From a bacterium (lineage in GTDB: Bacteria; Pseudomonadota; Alphaproteobacteria; Micavibrionales; UBA2020): a DNA stretch of 64,000 nt. Position 1 is the first letter of the stretch, and each line of letters begins with the position of its first letter. Both the position numbers and the translations under genes were made by a program. The DNA lies in contig JAQSDV010000007.1 of assembly GCA_029945425.1 (NCBI GenBank), positions 278,325 through 342,324 of the forward strand, written 5' to 3'. The notes beneath the pieces are model-generated. The model had not been told where the DNA came from. It saw nothing but the letters and a program-made list of their open reading frames with translations, and made no database searches. Shown one piece after another: positions 29,429-40,394 of the stretch.

Positions 29429-29874
29429 AATCTTCTACCTGGCGGTTGAGCCGGAAGCCCGAGATTCGTAGCCCAATTCCCAACTCTTTGCAAATATTTC
29501 CATAATCCATAAAATTGAACGGTGGTTTCAGAAGGTTATCCACATCCCAAATTTAATGGTTATGGAAATATCACTCAAATCCCGTTTTACGCTTCCCGCG
29601 AGATTCGGAAAGCGCGCGCATCGAATGCACGAGTATCGATTCAAGTTTCAACGTGGCTTGAAGATTTCATAAAATCAGATAGTTACGTTTTACGCAATTT
29701 ACACTTGACTTTTGTTGCGTTTTATGGAAGACTAAGGGGGAGTGAAAGGAGTACGGGATGGAGCCAGAGGAAAGAGAAGAAGATAAAAACCCGATCAGAA
29801 GTTTTCTCCAGCGCCTCGTCTCATTCTTTCTCGCGATCATCAAGTATATAAGTCAGCCCGAAACAGCGTTGCCG

Positions 29875-30747
29875 TCAGGCGACAATCCCCAATTCCTTCA
29901 GCTTCGCTTTCAGCTTCAGCAGATCCGCCCAGGCATGGCGTTTTTCGGCGGGGGAGCGGAGCAGGTAGGCGGGGTGGAACATGGGGAGCGCGGGGATCGG
30001 GGATTTGAGGCCTTCGGAGACATGTTCCAGCCATTTGCCGCGCAGCCTTGTGATGCCGCTGGCCGAACCGGTCAGGGCCTTGGCCGAAACGCCGCCCAGA
30101 AACACGACCACGGCGGGGTTCACCAGCTCGATATGGCGCAGGATAAACGGCAGGCTGAGGGCGACTTCGGAATCCGTCGGCGCGCGGTTGCCGGGGGGGC
30201 GCCAGTTGATGATGTTACTGATATACACGTTTTCGTCGCGGTTAAGGCCGATCGCGCCCAGCATCTTGTCCAGCAGCTGGCCGCTGACGCCGACAAACGG
30301 CTTGCCCATACGGTCCTCGTCCGCGCCCGGCGCTTCACCGACCAGCATCACGCGTGCGGCGGGGTTGCCATCGCAGAATACCATCTGGGTCGCGGTGCGT
30401 TGCAGCGCCAGACCCTTGAACCCCTGCAGCGCCGCCTGCAATTCGTCGAGCGTCTTTGCGCCAGCCGCCAGCAGTTTGGCGTCGCCCATCGCCTCGACCG
30501 CGCCGATATCGAGGGGTTGCGGCGCTTTCGGCACCGCCAGCGTCGCGGGCATGGCGGGCAGCGGGCGGTTGCCGGGGACGTAAGCCTCAGCCCCCTCCTC
30601 CGCCGCAGTCGCCTGAGGAAATGCCATGACCTTTTCGGCCAGCAGCGTGCGGTCGACGGGATCATCGTCGATCGCTTCGTCCGCGCCGGAGTCTATATAT
30701 AACTGCAGCAGCTCGGGCAGGCTGACATTTTCAACATCAAGGGTCAT
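29875..30747 (-). CDS. Uracil-DNA glycosylase, family 4, with an N-terminal extension
   Basis: [31 protein letters not shown] and FHPAYLLR are present. Confidence 0.8.
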   Translation of the reverse strand: MTLDVENVSLPELLQLYIDSGADEAIDDDPVDRTLLAEKVMAFPQATAAEEGAEAYVPGNRPLPAMPATLAVPKAPQPLDIGAVEAMGDAKLLAAGAKTLDELQAALQGFKGLALQRTATQMVFCDGNPAARVMLVGEAPGADEDRMGKPFVGVSGQLLDKMLGAIGLNRDENVYISNIINWRPPGNRAPTDSEVALSLPFILRHIELVNPAVVVFLGGVSAKALTGSASGITRLRGKWLEHVSEGLKSPIPALPMFHPAYLLRSPAEKRHAWADLLKLKAKLKELGIVA

Positions 30748-30833
30748 GACCGGAACTTTAGCAAAACCGCGCCTGTTTTTCGCTATCGCTTTAGCCGTGC
30801 GGTTGTAATATTTTTGCTGATGAAGAGAGGGTT

Positions 30834-32468
30834 TTGATTATGGATACTCCGCGCGAAGTCATGAGCTATGATGTGGTGATCGTCGGTGCCGGCCCGTCCG
30901 GCCTTTCCGCCGCCATCCGCCTGAAACAGCTCAACCCTGACCTGACCGTCTGCGTCCTTGAAAAAGGCGGCGAGGTCGGCGCGCATCTGATGTCGGGCGG
31001 CGTGCTGGAGCCGCGTAGCTTGAACGAGCTTATCCCCGACTGGAAGGAAAAGGGCGCGCCCATCACCTGCGCCGTCACGGAAGACCGTTTTTATTTCCTG
31101 ACGAAATCCGCCGCCATCCGCCTGCCCACCCCGCCGCCGATGAACAACCACGGCAATTATATTTTTAGCCTTGGCAGCTTCGGCAAATGGCTGGCGGAGC
31201 AGGCGCAGAATATGGGCGTTGAAATCTATCCGGGTTTCGCGGCTGCAGAAGTCTTGTACAACGAAGACAATTCGGTGAAGGGCGTCGCGACCGGCGATAT
31301 GGGCATCGGTAAAGATGGCCAGCCCACCGCAGCATTCCAGCGCGGGATGGAGTTGCATGCAAAGCAGACATTATTCGCCGAAGGCTGCCGCGGTTCGCTG
31401 ACGCAATTGCTGTTCAAGAAATTTGACCTGCGCAAGGATTGCGACCCGCAGACCTACGGCATTGGCATTAAAGAACTTTGGGAAGTGCCCGCCGAAAACC
31501 ACAAGCAGGGCTTGACCGTACATAGCGCGGGCTGGCCGATGGACAGCAAGACCTATGGCGGGTCGTGGATGTACCATGCCGAAAACAACATCATCTCGAT
31601 CGGCTTCGTGATCGGCCTTGATTACGAGAACCCGTATCTGTCGCCCTATCACGAATTCCAGCGTTTCAAGACGCATCCGGCGATTGCGAAATACCTGAAG
31701 GGTGGCAAGCGCATTTCCTATGGCGCGCGCGCATTGTCCGAAGGCGGATTGCAGTCCTTGCCGAAGCTCACCTTCCCCGGGGGCGCGCTGGTGGGCGATA
31801 CCGCAGGGTTTTTGAACGTGCCCAAGATCAAGGGTACGCATGCCGCGATGAAATCGGGCATGCTGGCGGCGGAATCGCTGGCCGAAATGTTCAAGGCGGG
31901 CGACCCCACAGGAAAAGAACCTGTCGGCTATACGCATAAGTTCAAGACCAGCTGGCTGTTCGAGGAACTGAACCGCGTGCGCAATATCCGCCCGAGCTTT
32001 GCCAAGGGTTTTATCCTCGGCTTCCTCTATTCCGCAATCGACACCGTGCTGCTGCGCGGCCGCGCGCCGTGGACGCTGCGCAACCATGCGGATAACCTGT
32101 CCTTGAAAAAGGCGAAGGACAGCAAGCCGATCGATTACCCGAAACCGGATGGCGTGCTGATGTTCGACAAAATGTCGTCGGTGTTCATTTCCAACACCAA
32201 CCACGAGGAAGACCAGCCCAGCCACCTGAAGCTGAAAGACCCGTCCGTGCCGATCAATTACAACCTGCCCGAATACGCCGAACCCGCGCAGCGTTACTGC
32301 CCCGCAGGTGTCTACGAAGTCGTGAACGACGACGCCGGCAAACCCAAATTCGTCATCAACGCGCAGAACTGCGTCCATTGCAAAACCTGCGACATCAAGG
32401 ACCCCACGCAAAACATCGTCTGGACCACGCCCCAAGGCGGCGGCGGACCGAATTATTCGGGGATGTAA
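30834..32468 (+). CDS. Electron transfer flavoprotein-ubiquinone oxidoreductase
   Basis: It has an FAD motif ([15 protein letters not shown]) and a C-terminal 4Fe-4S motif ([19 protein letters not shown]), 544 aa in all. Confidence 0.9.
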   Translation: MIMDTPREVMSYDVVIVGAGPSGLSAAIRLKQLNPDLTVCVLEKGGEVGAHLMSGGVLEPRSLNELIPDWKEKGAPITCAVTEDRFYFLTKSAAIRLPTPPPMNNHGNYIFSLGSFGKWLAEQAQNMGVEIYPGFAAAEVLYNEDNSVKGVATGDMGIGKDGQPTAAFQRGMELHAKQTLFAEGCRGSLTQLLFKKFDLRKDCDPQTYGIGIKELWEVPAENHKQGLTVHSAGWPMDSKTYGGSWMYHAENNIISIGFVIGLDYENPYLSPYHEFQRFKTHPAIAKYLKGGKRISYGARALSEGGLQSLPKLTFPGGALVGDTAGFLNVPKIKGTHAAMKSGMLAAESLAEMFKAGDPTGKEPVGYTHKFKTSWLFEELNRVRNIRPSFAKGFILGFLYSAIDTVLLRGRAPWTLRNHADNLSLKKAKDSKPIDYPKPDGVLMFDKMSSVFISNTNHEEDQPSHLKLKDPSVPINYNLPEYAEPAQRYCPAGVYEVVNDDAGKPKFVINAQNCVHCKTCDIKDPTQNIVWTTPQGGGGPNYSGM

Positions 32469-32472
32469 GCGG

Positions 32473-33183
32473 TCACCCGCCCCTGAAACTCACTTCGCCG
32501 TTATGGATGAAGCAGGTCTTGCTGAACAGCGCGAGGTCGAGCGGGTTTGGCAGGCGGATATCGGACATATCCGGCAGCGGTTTTGATGCGGGCTCGAAGC
32601 TGCGGTCAATCTGCGAGATAAAGACGAAAATTATTCCCTTCTCCGCCGCGAAATCCTTCAGCTGTTTTACCTGAGCCGCAAGCGGCGGCGTGTCGCGTTT
32701 CTGGTCGAGCAGTTGCAGGTAATCGATCACGGCAAGCGTACCGCGCGGCGCATCGGCCAATTGTTCCATGATATATGCGGCATGAATGCCATCAGAGCTG
32801 TCGAGGCGAAACAGCGCATCGTAGCGCGCGGGCGTTTCGCCGATTTTGTCGAACAGCGCGACCACATCCTTCACCGTATATTCCAGCGTGAAGAAATGGC
32901 TGCGGCGGCCCTGCTTCATCGCTTCGACCGCCAGTTCAAGGCTGAAGCGCGTTTTACCCTGCCCCGGTCTTGCACCCACCAGCACCATGTCGCCGTCGAT
33001 CAGGCGCGGGAAAAGTTTTGCGGATGGCGCGGCATCGGCGGCCTTTGATACCAGCAGGCTCCAGCCGTTATAGCCTTCCTCCGCCGCGACATGGTCGAGC
33101 GCGGCATGAAGCGGTATGTCGCGGTCGCGCGACAGCAGTTTGGCTTTGCGTTTCAGGTGATGGACAGGCGCGGATAAGGTCAT
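32473..33183 (-). CDS. P-loop NTPase related to the DnaB helicase C-terminal/RecA-like domain
   Basis: Walker A (GARPGQGKT) and Walker B-like (AVIDYLQLLD) motifs are present. The start is set at the ATG at 33183. Confidence 0.6.
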   Translation of the reverse strand: MTLSAPVHHLKRKAKLLSRDRDIPLHAALDHVAAEEGYNGWSLLVSKAADAAPSAKLFPRLIDGDMVLVGARPGQGKTRFSLELAVEAMKQGRRSHFFTLEYTVKDVVALFDKIGETPARYDALFRLDSSDGIHAAYIMEQLADAPRGTLAVIDYLQLLDQKRDTPPLAAQVKQLKDFAAEKGIIFVFISQIDRSFEPASKPLPDMSDIRLPNPLDLALFSKTCFIHNGEVSFRGG

Positions 33184-33380
33184 GGCACAAGAACTCCTGT
33201 TAAGGGGGCGGTCGCCGCAACCCCTCCTTATGCCGTAAGCCCGAACAGTTGTTCGATGAAATAGATGCCCCGCACGAAAAATGCTTCCCCGTCGGAGGGG
33301 GGAGGCGCGGGCAGCGCCTTGGGAATCATCATAACAAAAATGAACGTCCCAAGGAAGCGGGCTCGCGGCGCGCAAACCGC

Positions 33381-34163
33381 CTATCTGTTATAGGTGTTCT
33401 TGTCCCGCAGGCCGTCATAGAACTTCTCCGCGTCCAGCAGCCTTTTATGAAAGGCGGCGTAGGCGCGCGCGTCCTGACGGGCGATTTCGGATTTCGACAG
33501 GTGGCTGGCGGCGCGGCGCACATTCCGGAACAACGCGCGCTGTTCATCCTCGAAGAACGGGCCTTTTCCCCGCAGGTTGCGCGGCACTTTCAGCAGCGGG
33601 CCTGTGTAATCCTTTTCGGGTCCGTCGCCGCTCCATGCAAATTCTGTCAGTTGCAGGGCGTATAAATAATATGCCTCCGCATAATTCTTCTGCCCGTAAC
33701 GGATGATCGCGAGCGCGGTGGTGCAGCTATACGGCCAGTCAACGTCATTCGCGCAGGCTGTCAGATATTTTTCGGCCTTCGCGTCATTTTCCCTGCTGCG
33801 CACACTGCCTGTGCAGGGCGGTTGGGGCTTCGAGCGTGCGGGTTCGAAAACTTCCGGATATTCGGTCAGGGCAAGGTAATAGATGCCGAGGTTATATTTG
33901 CCGCGGCGTGCCGCCTCGATATTCATGCTTTTGCTGCCGGCGTGATACCATTTAAGGGTCTGCGCGCCCTTATCCGCCTTCGGTTCGTTCAGGCAGTAAT
34001 AATCACCCATCTGCACCTGTGCATCGCCGTCGCCCCGTTCGGCGCGCGCGCGAACCGATTCAATGTCATTAGGCCCGCCATTGACGACCTGGCCGATATA
34101 AGGGGTTTTGCAGGCGGTGAGGGTTGCGAGCAGGAACAGCGACAGCAGGGTAAAACGGCGCAT
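33381..34163 (-). CDS. Sel1/TPR-like repeat lipoprotein
   Basis: It has a lipobox (LLATLTACK) and Sel1-like segments (GDGDAQVQMGDYY, KYNLGIYY). Confidence 0.6.
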   Translation of the reverse strand: MRRFTLLSLFLLATLTACKTPYIGQVVNGGPNDIESVRARAERGDGDAQVQMGDYYCLNEPKADKGAQTLKWYHAGSKSMNIEAARRGKYNLGIYYLALTEYPEVFEPARSKPQPPCTGSVRSRENDAKAEKYLTACANDVDWPYSCTTALAIIRYGQKNYAEAYYLYALQLTEFAWSGDGPEKDYTGPLLKVPRNLRGKGPFFEDEQRALFRNVRRAASHLSKSEIARQDARAYAAFHKRLLDAEKFYDGLRDKNTYNR

Positions 34164-34238
34164 TGAAAATTCCTTGAAAAAAACCGGCAGCACACTGCCG
34201 TCTTTCAAAGACTATTGCACTTCCGGTACCTAAGCAAG

Positions 34239-35189
34239 TTACGCGGCGGGTGCTTTCGGCGGAGCCGGCTTTTTCTTGACGGGCGGGTTGTCGAACAGGG
34301 AGCGTTTCGTTTTGTCCATCTTGAAACCGGGATTGGCGGGAATATCCGCCGCATCCGCGCCCTTGGGGAACATCAGGGGCGGGTATTTCGATTTGTCGAA
34401 AGGTTTCCAGTCGCCTTCCTTTTGCGCAAGGCGGTCGATGACGGCGGCGATGGTCAGCGCATTCGCTGTCATGCCGATATGGCTGCCATACACTTCGATG
34501 TTCTCGGTGTTGGTGGCGACGGGGTTCAGCGACGCTTTCCAGTCCACAACGCCGTCGTTTTTCGAAAACATGGAGGTGGTGGGCACGGGCGGCGGGGTCA
34601 GCCCGCGCGCGCCGATATCTTCCACCTCGTCATGGACGGAATTGGGATTGAAAAAGCCGTAGAGTTTTTTCAGGTGTTCGGAGGTGGCTTTCGCGGTGTC
34701 GTCCAGTGATCCGAAGGGCGTGCCGAGCGTAATGACGTCGCGCACCATATCGGGGAATTCGCGGGCGAGTTCACGCGCGTAAACGCCGCCGAGGCTGTGG
34801 CCGACCAACGTGACTTTCTGCCCGCCATTGTCGTCGAAAACCTGCTTGAGGCGTTTTTTCAGGTGCGTCGCGGTCTTTTCATCGAAGCCGAGGTTGAAAC
34901 CGTTATCCCAGCCATAGACCTTATATCCGCGCTCCTCCACCCGCGTCTGCAGCGGCAGGGTGAAGATGTCGCTGGTGAGGAATCCCGGGAAGAAAATCAC
35001 CGGATGGCCGTCGCCCTTGGGCAGGCTGTCCTTGATGAGCGGCCAGGTCGTGGCGAGCGCTGCATATTCAAGCCCCGCACGATGCATTTCTGTTGCGGAG
35101 TTAAATGCGTCCTTGAGGCGTTTGAGCATGACAGCTTCGCTTTCGTAACGATTCTTAACAGGGATGAGTGTGACGGGATGTTGCTCCAT
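34239..35189 (-). CDS. Alpha/beta hydrolase (lipase-like)
   Basis: The GHSLGG nucleophile elbow and VIFFPGF are present. Confidence 0.65.
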   Translation of the reverse strand: MEQHPVTLIPVKNRYESEAVMLKRLKDAFNSATEMHRAGLEYAALATTWPLIKDSLPKGDGHPVIFFPGFLTSDIFTLPLQTRVEERGYKVYGWDNGFNLGFDEKTATHLKKRLKQVFDDNGGQKVTLVGHSLGGVYARELAREFPDMVRDVITLGTPFGSLDDTAKATSEHLKKLYGFFNPNSVHDEVEDIGARGLTPPPVPTTSMFSKNDGVVDWKASLNPVATNTENIEVYGSHIGMTANALTIAAVIDRLAQKEGDWKPFDKSKYPPLMFPKGADAADIPANPGFKMDKTKRSLFDNPPVKKKPAPPKAPAA

Positions 35190-35445
35190 AACTATTGCAC
35201 CCGCAAGACGCAATCGGTGTCTCGCGGCAGAAACCGCGGAAATTATGGGCAAATCGGCAATTTTCTGAGTTTCAGCGGCAATTTAAATTCGCTGCAGGAT
35301 AAGAAAATGTCGCGCGGAATTAATACTCCGTACCCGAAGCGTACTCACCAGATGTTAACCTTTGTTGTGTAAAAAGGTACTTAGGGGAATAGCCCTTGGA
35401 GACACCTATATGATGAAGTGTCTATGTAAACTAAAAACAGGAAGG

Positions 35446-37194
35446 ATGAGGTTCGTGAAAGTTTTGCAGGTTGCCAGCGCCCTCGTCCTCGCTGCCACGG
35501 TTTCCTTCGCCCTCAACGCCTGCGCCGCCTCCGATCAGGCGAAAATCACCGCCGGTCCCGATTTCGCGGCAGCCACACCCGCCCCGCCCAGCACGACACT
35601 TTCCGGCAATTACCTCGCCGGCCGTTTTGCGCAGCGCCAGCAGGACTGGGATTCCGCGCAGAACTACATGAACGAAGTCACGAAATACGACGAGGGCAAC
35701 GAGCTGCTGGAGCAGCGCGCTTTCCTGCTGTCGATGGGCGCGATGCAGTATTCCCGCGCCCGCGAATTGGCGCAGAAAATCATCGCCGATCCTGAAAACA
35801 TCGAACTCGCCGCTATCTACCTCGCCTGCGATGCGCTGGCGCGTGAAGATTACAAGGGCGCGCTGGAGTATATCGCCAAGCTGCCCGAAGACGGTTTCGG
35901 CCAGTATACCAAGCCGCTGCTGACCGCATGGTCGATGGTGGGCAAGGGCGATTCCAAAGGCGCGGTTGCGCTGCTGGGCGACAAGGCCGATGCGGCCGAT
36001 CCCACCTTTAACGTGCATGCCGCGCTAATCGCGGAACTGGCAGGCGACAAAAAAGCGGCAGAAGCGCATTACCGCGAAGCCATGGCAAACGGCCTGACGC
36101 TGCATACCGCCGTGCTGGCCGCGAATTTTTTCCAGCGCGAGAACCAGCCTGAAATCTCGAAAGCGATCTACGACAACCTCGGCAAGCTGTATCCGTTCAG
36201 CCCCTTTATCAACGCGGTGAAAAAGCCCGCTGAAACCCCGCGCAACATCACGCGCGCGGCGGATGGCGCAGCGGTCGCCCTGTTCGACCTTGCCACCCTG
36301 CTCTATGAACGCCGCGCCTATGACAGCGCGCAGATTTATGGCGCGATGGTGCTGCTGCTGTCGCCGAAAGCCCCGTTTGCCATGATGATGATGGGTGATA
36401 TTGCAGCCCTGCACGGCAATTACCGCGCCGCCGTGGACGATTACAACACGGTTGCGAAAAACCAGCCGCTCTACTGGCTGTCGCGCGTGCGCGTGTCGGA
36501 GGTGCTGGAAATCAGCCACAACATCCCGCAGGCGGTTGCCATGCTCGAAGACCTGTCCAAAAATCCGGAAACCAAACTTGAGGCGCTCGTCAGCTTGGGC
36601 GACCTGCACCGCCGCCATGAAGATTTCGCAAAAGCGCTGAAGTCCTATGACGCGGCGCTTGCCACCATCGACAAGCCGTCGGAAGAACATTGGCCCCTGA
36701 TCTATGCGCGCGGCATGTCGCGCGAGCGCATGAACGACTGGGACGGCGCGGAAAAAGATTTGCTGCAGGCGCTGGCCTTCCAGCCCGACAACCCCATGAT
36801 CCTGAACTTCCTCGGCTATAGCTGGGCGGATAAAGGCATCAACATGGACAAGGCGCTGGATTACATCCGCCGCGCCGTTGTGCAGCGCCCCGATGACGGC
36901 TATATCGTGGACAGCCTCGGCTGGGCACTCTATCGCGCCGGTGATTACAAGGAATCGATTGAATGGCTGGAACGCGCGGTTTCTATCGTGCCGGATGATT
37001 CAACCATCCTCGACCATCTGGGCGACGCGTATTGGCAGTCGGGCCGCAAGAACGAAGCGAAGTTCAAGTGGCAGCGCGCGCATGAGCTGTCGCGTGACAC
37101 CTCCTTCCGCTCGACCGTCGAAAACAAGATCAGCCGCGGCATCGAGGCGATGCCCGCGCAGGTCGCCCATTCGAGCACGGAACCCAAGCTTTAA
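35446..37194 (+). CDS. TPR repeat lipoprotein
   Basis: It has a lipobox (ALNACAAS) and multiple TPR units near the C-terminus, such as DHLGDAYWQSGRKNEAKFKWQRA. Confidence 0.7.
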   Translation: MRFVKVLQVASALVLAATVSFALNACAASDQAKITAGPDFAAATPAPPSTTLSGNYLAGRFAQRQQDWDSAQNYMNEVTKYDEGNELLEQRAFLLSMGAMQYSRARELAQKIIADPENIELAAIYLACDALAREDYKGALEYIAKLPEDGFGQYTKPLLTAWSMVGKGDSKGAVALLGDKADAADPTFNVHAALIAELAGDKKAAEAHYREAMANGLTLHTAVLAANFFQRENQPEISKAIYDNLGKLYPFSPFINAVKKPAETPRNITRAADGAAVALFDLATLLYERRAYDSAQIYGAMVLLLSPKAPFAMMMMGDIAALHGNYRAAVDDYNTVAKNQPLYWLSRVRVSEVLEISHNIPQAVAMLEDLSKNPETKLEALVSLGDLHRRHEDFAKALKSYDAALATIDKPSEEHWPLIYARGMSRERMNDWDGAEKDLLQALAFQPDNPMILNFLGYSWADKGINMDKALDYIRRAVVQRPDDGYIVDSLGWALYRAGDYKESIEWLERAVSIVPDDSTILDHLGDAYWQSGRKNEAKFKWQRAHELSRDTSFRSTVENKISRGIEAMPAQVAHSSTEPKL

Positions 37195-37239
37195 CCGCCA
37201 TGATTTTTGGGCTATGATAACGCCCAAAGGGATTGTTGC

Positions 37240-37872
37240 ATGAAAAAGCTGTTTGCCATTTTTGCCGTGCTGGTTCTCGCTGCCGCGCCCGCGCGGGCGG
37301 AACGCCCTGCCGCCATGTATTCCACCCCCGACCTGTCCAAGGAAAAATACTATACCTGCGAGGCCGCATCCGACTGCCGCCCCGTCAGCCTGCCCTGCGG
37401 CCGCGTCGTGGTCGTCAACAATCGCACCCTCGACGAGGTGGAGGGCTGGTTCAAATTCGCCGAGAGCCGCTATAAATGCATGGACGCTGCGCCCCGCCAG
37501 GAAGCCAAAAATATCGGCTGCACCAAGGGAATGTGTACCGCCGATATCCAGGAGGTATCGAAAGTGCTGCCGGACAGCCCCGTTACCCGCAACCCGCAAT
37601 ACTGCCAGACGATCGAGGATTGCGCCTATGTGAACGGCCCCTGCGGCAAGAAAATCATCATCAATAAAATCTACCGCGACGGGCTGCAAAAGGACTACGA
37701 CCATATCCGCGACATGCGCAAGGAAAACTGCTTCTGGCCCGATGGCCGCACGGTGCGCCAGTTCACTTGCGAGAAAAACACCTGCGGCGCGATCCTCGAA
37801 ATTCCGAACGAGGCCGGCTGGCGCAGGCCGACCGACATGAAGGACCTCGAGAAGAAAAAAATGCAGGAATAA
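37240..37872 (+). CDS. Secreted Cys-rich protein A (two six-Cys modules)
   Basis: It has a signal peptide (MKKLFAIFAVLVLAAAPARA) and 12 Cys in two repeats of C-x5-C-x7-CG-x(about 28)-C-x12-C-x4-C. Confidence 0.6.
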   Translation: MKKLFAIFAVLVLAAAPARAERPAAMYSTPDLSKEKYYTCEAASDCRPVSLPCGRVVVVNNRTLDEVEGWFKFAESRYKCMDAAPRQEAKNIGCTKGMCTADIQEVSKVLPDSPVTRNPQYCQTIEDCAYVNGPCGKKIIINKIYRDGLQKDYDHIRDMRKENCFWPDGRTVRQFTCEKNTCGAILEIPNEAGWRRPTDMKDLEKKKMQE

Positions 37873-37956
37873 TAAGCGCTTCCGCACCACGCGGAACCCC
37901 CGCCGCCCCCCGTCCGTTTGCCCGTTAATGCGGTAAACGGCAAAGGGGCGAAACCC

Positions 37957-38589
37957 ATGAAATACCTCGCGACAATAATGATTGTAATGATGATGGGCAT
38001 GTCGATACCCGCATCCGCGCAATTGCCCGTGCAGGAGCAGGATACCATTGGCCGCCTGCCGCCCGCAGGCCCCATGCCGTCGCCGTCGGAGCGTCTGCCC
38101 GTCACCAACAGCCGTTTTCATGAAAGCCCGCAATATCAGGACGCGCGTTACCGCGAATGCACGGAATCTTCCGACTGCGCGATGTTCACGCTCGTCTGCG
38201 GCGCGCCGCTGCCCGTCAACCGCATTTTTGTGCCTGATTTCGAGGCATGGAACAACGCGCAATCAACCCGCTATAGCTGCAGCGTGAACAAGTCGAACCC
38301 CTCAAACATCGCGGCCTGTCTGGGCGGCTATTGCACAATCACCGCCGCGACCACCCAGCCGCGTTACCGCAATTCAGACCCCAAATTCTGCTACAGCAAC
38401 GCGGAATGCGGCGTTGTGGCCGATGCCTGCGGCAAGAAAATCGCCGTGAATATGAGCCATATGGCGGCACGCCTGGAGCAGGAAGCGGAAAACGCCGAAT
38501 GCACGTCATGGACCGACAACCGCACGCCACAGGAAGTGCGTTGCCAGCACAACCAATGCACCGTATTATTCGGAAGAGCGCCTGAATAA
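37957..38589 (+). CDS. Secreted Cys-rich protein B (two six-Cys modules), paralogue of A
   Basis: It has a signal peptide (MKYLATIMIVMMMGMSIPASA) and the same module twice. Like A, it is 210 aa long. Confidence 0.6.
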   Translation: MKYLATIMIVMMMGMSIPASAQLPVQEQDTIGRLPPAGPMPSPSERLPVTNSRFHESPQYQDARYRECTESSDCAMFTLVCGAPLPVNRIFVPDFEAWNNAQSTRYSCSVNKSNPSNIAACLGGYCTITAATTQPRYRNSDPKFCYSNAECGVVADACGKKIAVNMSHMAARLEQEAENAECTSWTDNRTPQEVRCQHNQCTVLFGRAPE

Positions 38590-38610
38590 CCGCCCTTTCC
38601 GGATACATTG

Positions 38611-39477
38611 ATGTCCTACAACAATTTCCAGCTGCAGGCTCCTGCCAAGATAAACCTGTTCCTGCACATCACGGGAAAGCGCGACGACGGCTATCACCTT
38701 GTGCAAAGCGTGATGGTGTTCGTCGATGTGGGCGACAAGATCGATTTCGCGCCGCATGACACCTTGTTCCTCGATGTCGAAGGGCCTTTTGCGGGCGAGA
38801 TGCCGCAGGCGCATGATAACCTGATTTACAAGGCGGCACAGTTGCTGGCGACCGAATACGGCACGCATGTGCGCGGGGCCGTGAACCTCAATAAATTATT
38901 GCCTGTCGCCTCCGGCATCGCAGGCGGGTCTTCGGATTCCGCCGCCGCGCTGAAGGGCTTCGCGCGCCTTTGGGGGCTGCCGGACGAGCAGGACCGCATG
39001 ATGAAGCTGGCACAGAAACTGGGCGCGGATGTGCCCGCCTGCTTCATCGGCAAGCCCGTCTGGGCGGAGGGCATCGGGGAGAAAATGATGCGCCTGCCGG
39101 AAATGCCCGCGATGCATTTCGTGCTCGTCAACCCGCTGGTGCAGACGCCGACGCCGGAAGTCTTCGCCCGTTTTCGCAACCGCTACAGCCCGCCCATCCA
39201 GTTCAGCGGCCGGCGCAAAACGATGCAGGAATGGATCGCGGATTTGAAAAATTACCGCAACGACCTGACCGATGCCGCGATGGAGGTGACACCCCAGATC
39301 CGTGACGTGCTGGAGGCGTTGAACGACACGCCCAACTGCCGCCTTGCGCGGTTGTCGGGCAGCGGCGCTACATGCTTTGGCATGTATGACACGGCGGAAG
39401 CCGCGATCGCCGCCGTGAACAAGCTGAAACTGGTGCAGCCCCGCTGGTGGGTCGCGCCCGCGAACCTTGTGAAATGA
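38611..39477 (+). CDS. ispE: 4-diphosphocytidyl-2-C-methyl-D-erythritol kinase
   Basis: PAKINLFLHITGKRDDGYH and the GHMP motif LPVASGIAGGSSDSAA are present. Confidence 0.85.
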   Translation: MSYNNFQLQAPAKINLFLHITGKRDDGYHLVQSVMVFVDVGDKIDFAPHDTLFLDVEGPFAGEMPQAHDNLIYKAAQLLATEYGTHVRGAVNLNKLLPVASGIAGGSSDSAAALKGFARLWGLPDEQDRMMKLAQKLGADVPACFIGKPVWAEGIGEKMMRLPEMPAMHFVLVNPLVQTPTPEVFARFRNRYSPPIQFSGRRKTMQEWIADLKNYRNDLTDAAMEVTPQIRDVLEALNDTPNCRLARLSGSGATCFGMYDTAEAAIAAVNKLKLVQPRWWVAPANLVK

Positions 39478-40394
39478 ACATGCACAGCAACATCACGCTG
39501 GTCATGAACAGCGGCTCCGGCCACGACGACAAGACATCCGCGCGCGATTTGATCGTGCAGAAACTGGGCGAAGCGGGCATTACGGTGAAGGTCGCGGAGA
39601 TCAGCGGCGGGAATATCGTCGCTGTCTGCAATGCCGCCGCGAAAGAAGCGAAACAAAGCGGCAGTCTTGTGGTGGCTGCAGGCGGCGACGGAACGGTGAA
39701 TTGCGTCGCCTCTGCCTGTGTCAAACATGACGTCCCGATGGGCGTTATCCCGATGGGAACTTATAATTATTTCGCCCGCGACCTTGGCATCGCGAATGAT
39801 ATCGAGGGCGCGATTGCCGTGCTGGCCACGGGGCAGCTGCGGACAACCTCGGTCGGGCTGCTGCAGGACCAGGTCTTCGTCAACAATGCCAGTTTCGGCA
39901 CCTATGCGCGCATCGTCAGGAACCGCGAGCTGGACAAGAAGAAATTCGGCCGGTATCGCATCGTCGCGCTGCTGTCCGATATCCGCAGCCTTTATGCGCC
40001 TGCGAAAAATTACACGCTGCGCATCGGCGCCGACGATATGGCGAAGAATTGCCGCACGACAATGATTTTCGCCAGCATCAATAAATTCCAGATGGAAAAC
40101 CTCGGCATTCCGGCGGCGGAGAAGGCGGGGCGGGAACAGATGTCGATCACGATCATGAAACCCGTCTCGCGCCTGCAAATGACGCGCATCCTGCTGCGCG
40201 GGCTGTGTCGCCAACTGCCGCAGGACGAACGTATCGATGTGCTGTATGCCGAAAGCTTCACCGTCGACGCCCCCGCCGCCCCCATTGCTTGCGTCGTGGA
40301 CGGCGAAATCGTTCATTTGACGCTGCCCCTGGAATTCAAGCTGCTGCCGGACCAGCTGCGCGTGATGGCACCCGCGCCGCAGGTGCCCGCATGA
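39474..40394 (+). CDS. Diacylglycerol kinase-family lipid kinase (YegS/LCB5-like)
   Basis: AAGGDGTVNCVAS is present. The start overlaps the ispE stop as ATGA. Confidence 0.75.
   Translation: MNMHSNITLVMNSGSGHDDKTSARDLIVQKLGEAGITVKVAEISGGNIVAVCNAAAKEAKQSGSLVVAAGGDGTVNCVASACVKHDVPMGVIPMGTYNYFARDLGIANDIEGAIAVLATGQLRTTSVGLLQDQVFVNNASFGTYARIVRNRELDKKKFGRYRIVALLSDIRSLYAPAKNYTLRIGADDMAKNCRTTMIFASINKFQMENLGIPAAEKAGREQMSITIMKPVSRLQMTRILLRGLCRQLPQDERIDVLYAESFTVDAPAAPIACVVDGEIVHLTLPLEFKLLPDQLRVMAPAPQVPA

Noticed and set aside
29429-29874. This intergenic region as the chromosomal replication origin.
   Set aside because: I saw only one perfect DnaA box, no cluster and no obvious AT-rich unwinding repeats. 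Alphaproteobacterial origins are usually placed elsewhere, near hemE.
29758-30702. A plus-strand ORF with a good AAGGAG site upstream of an ATG at 29758.
   Set aside because: It cannot terminate before running 945 nt antisense through the well-supported UDG gene, and its product is low in complexity beyond the first 40 residues.
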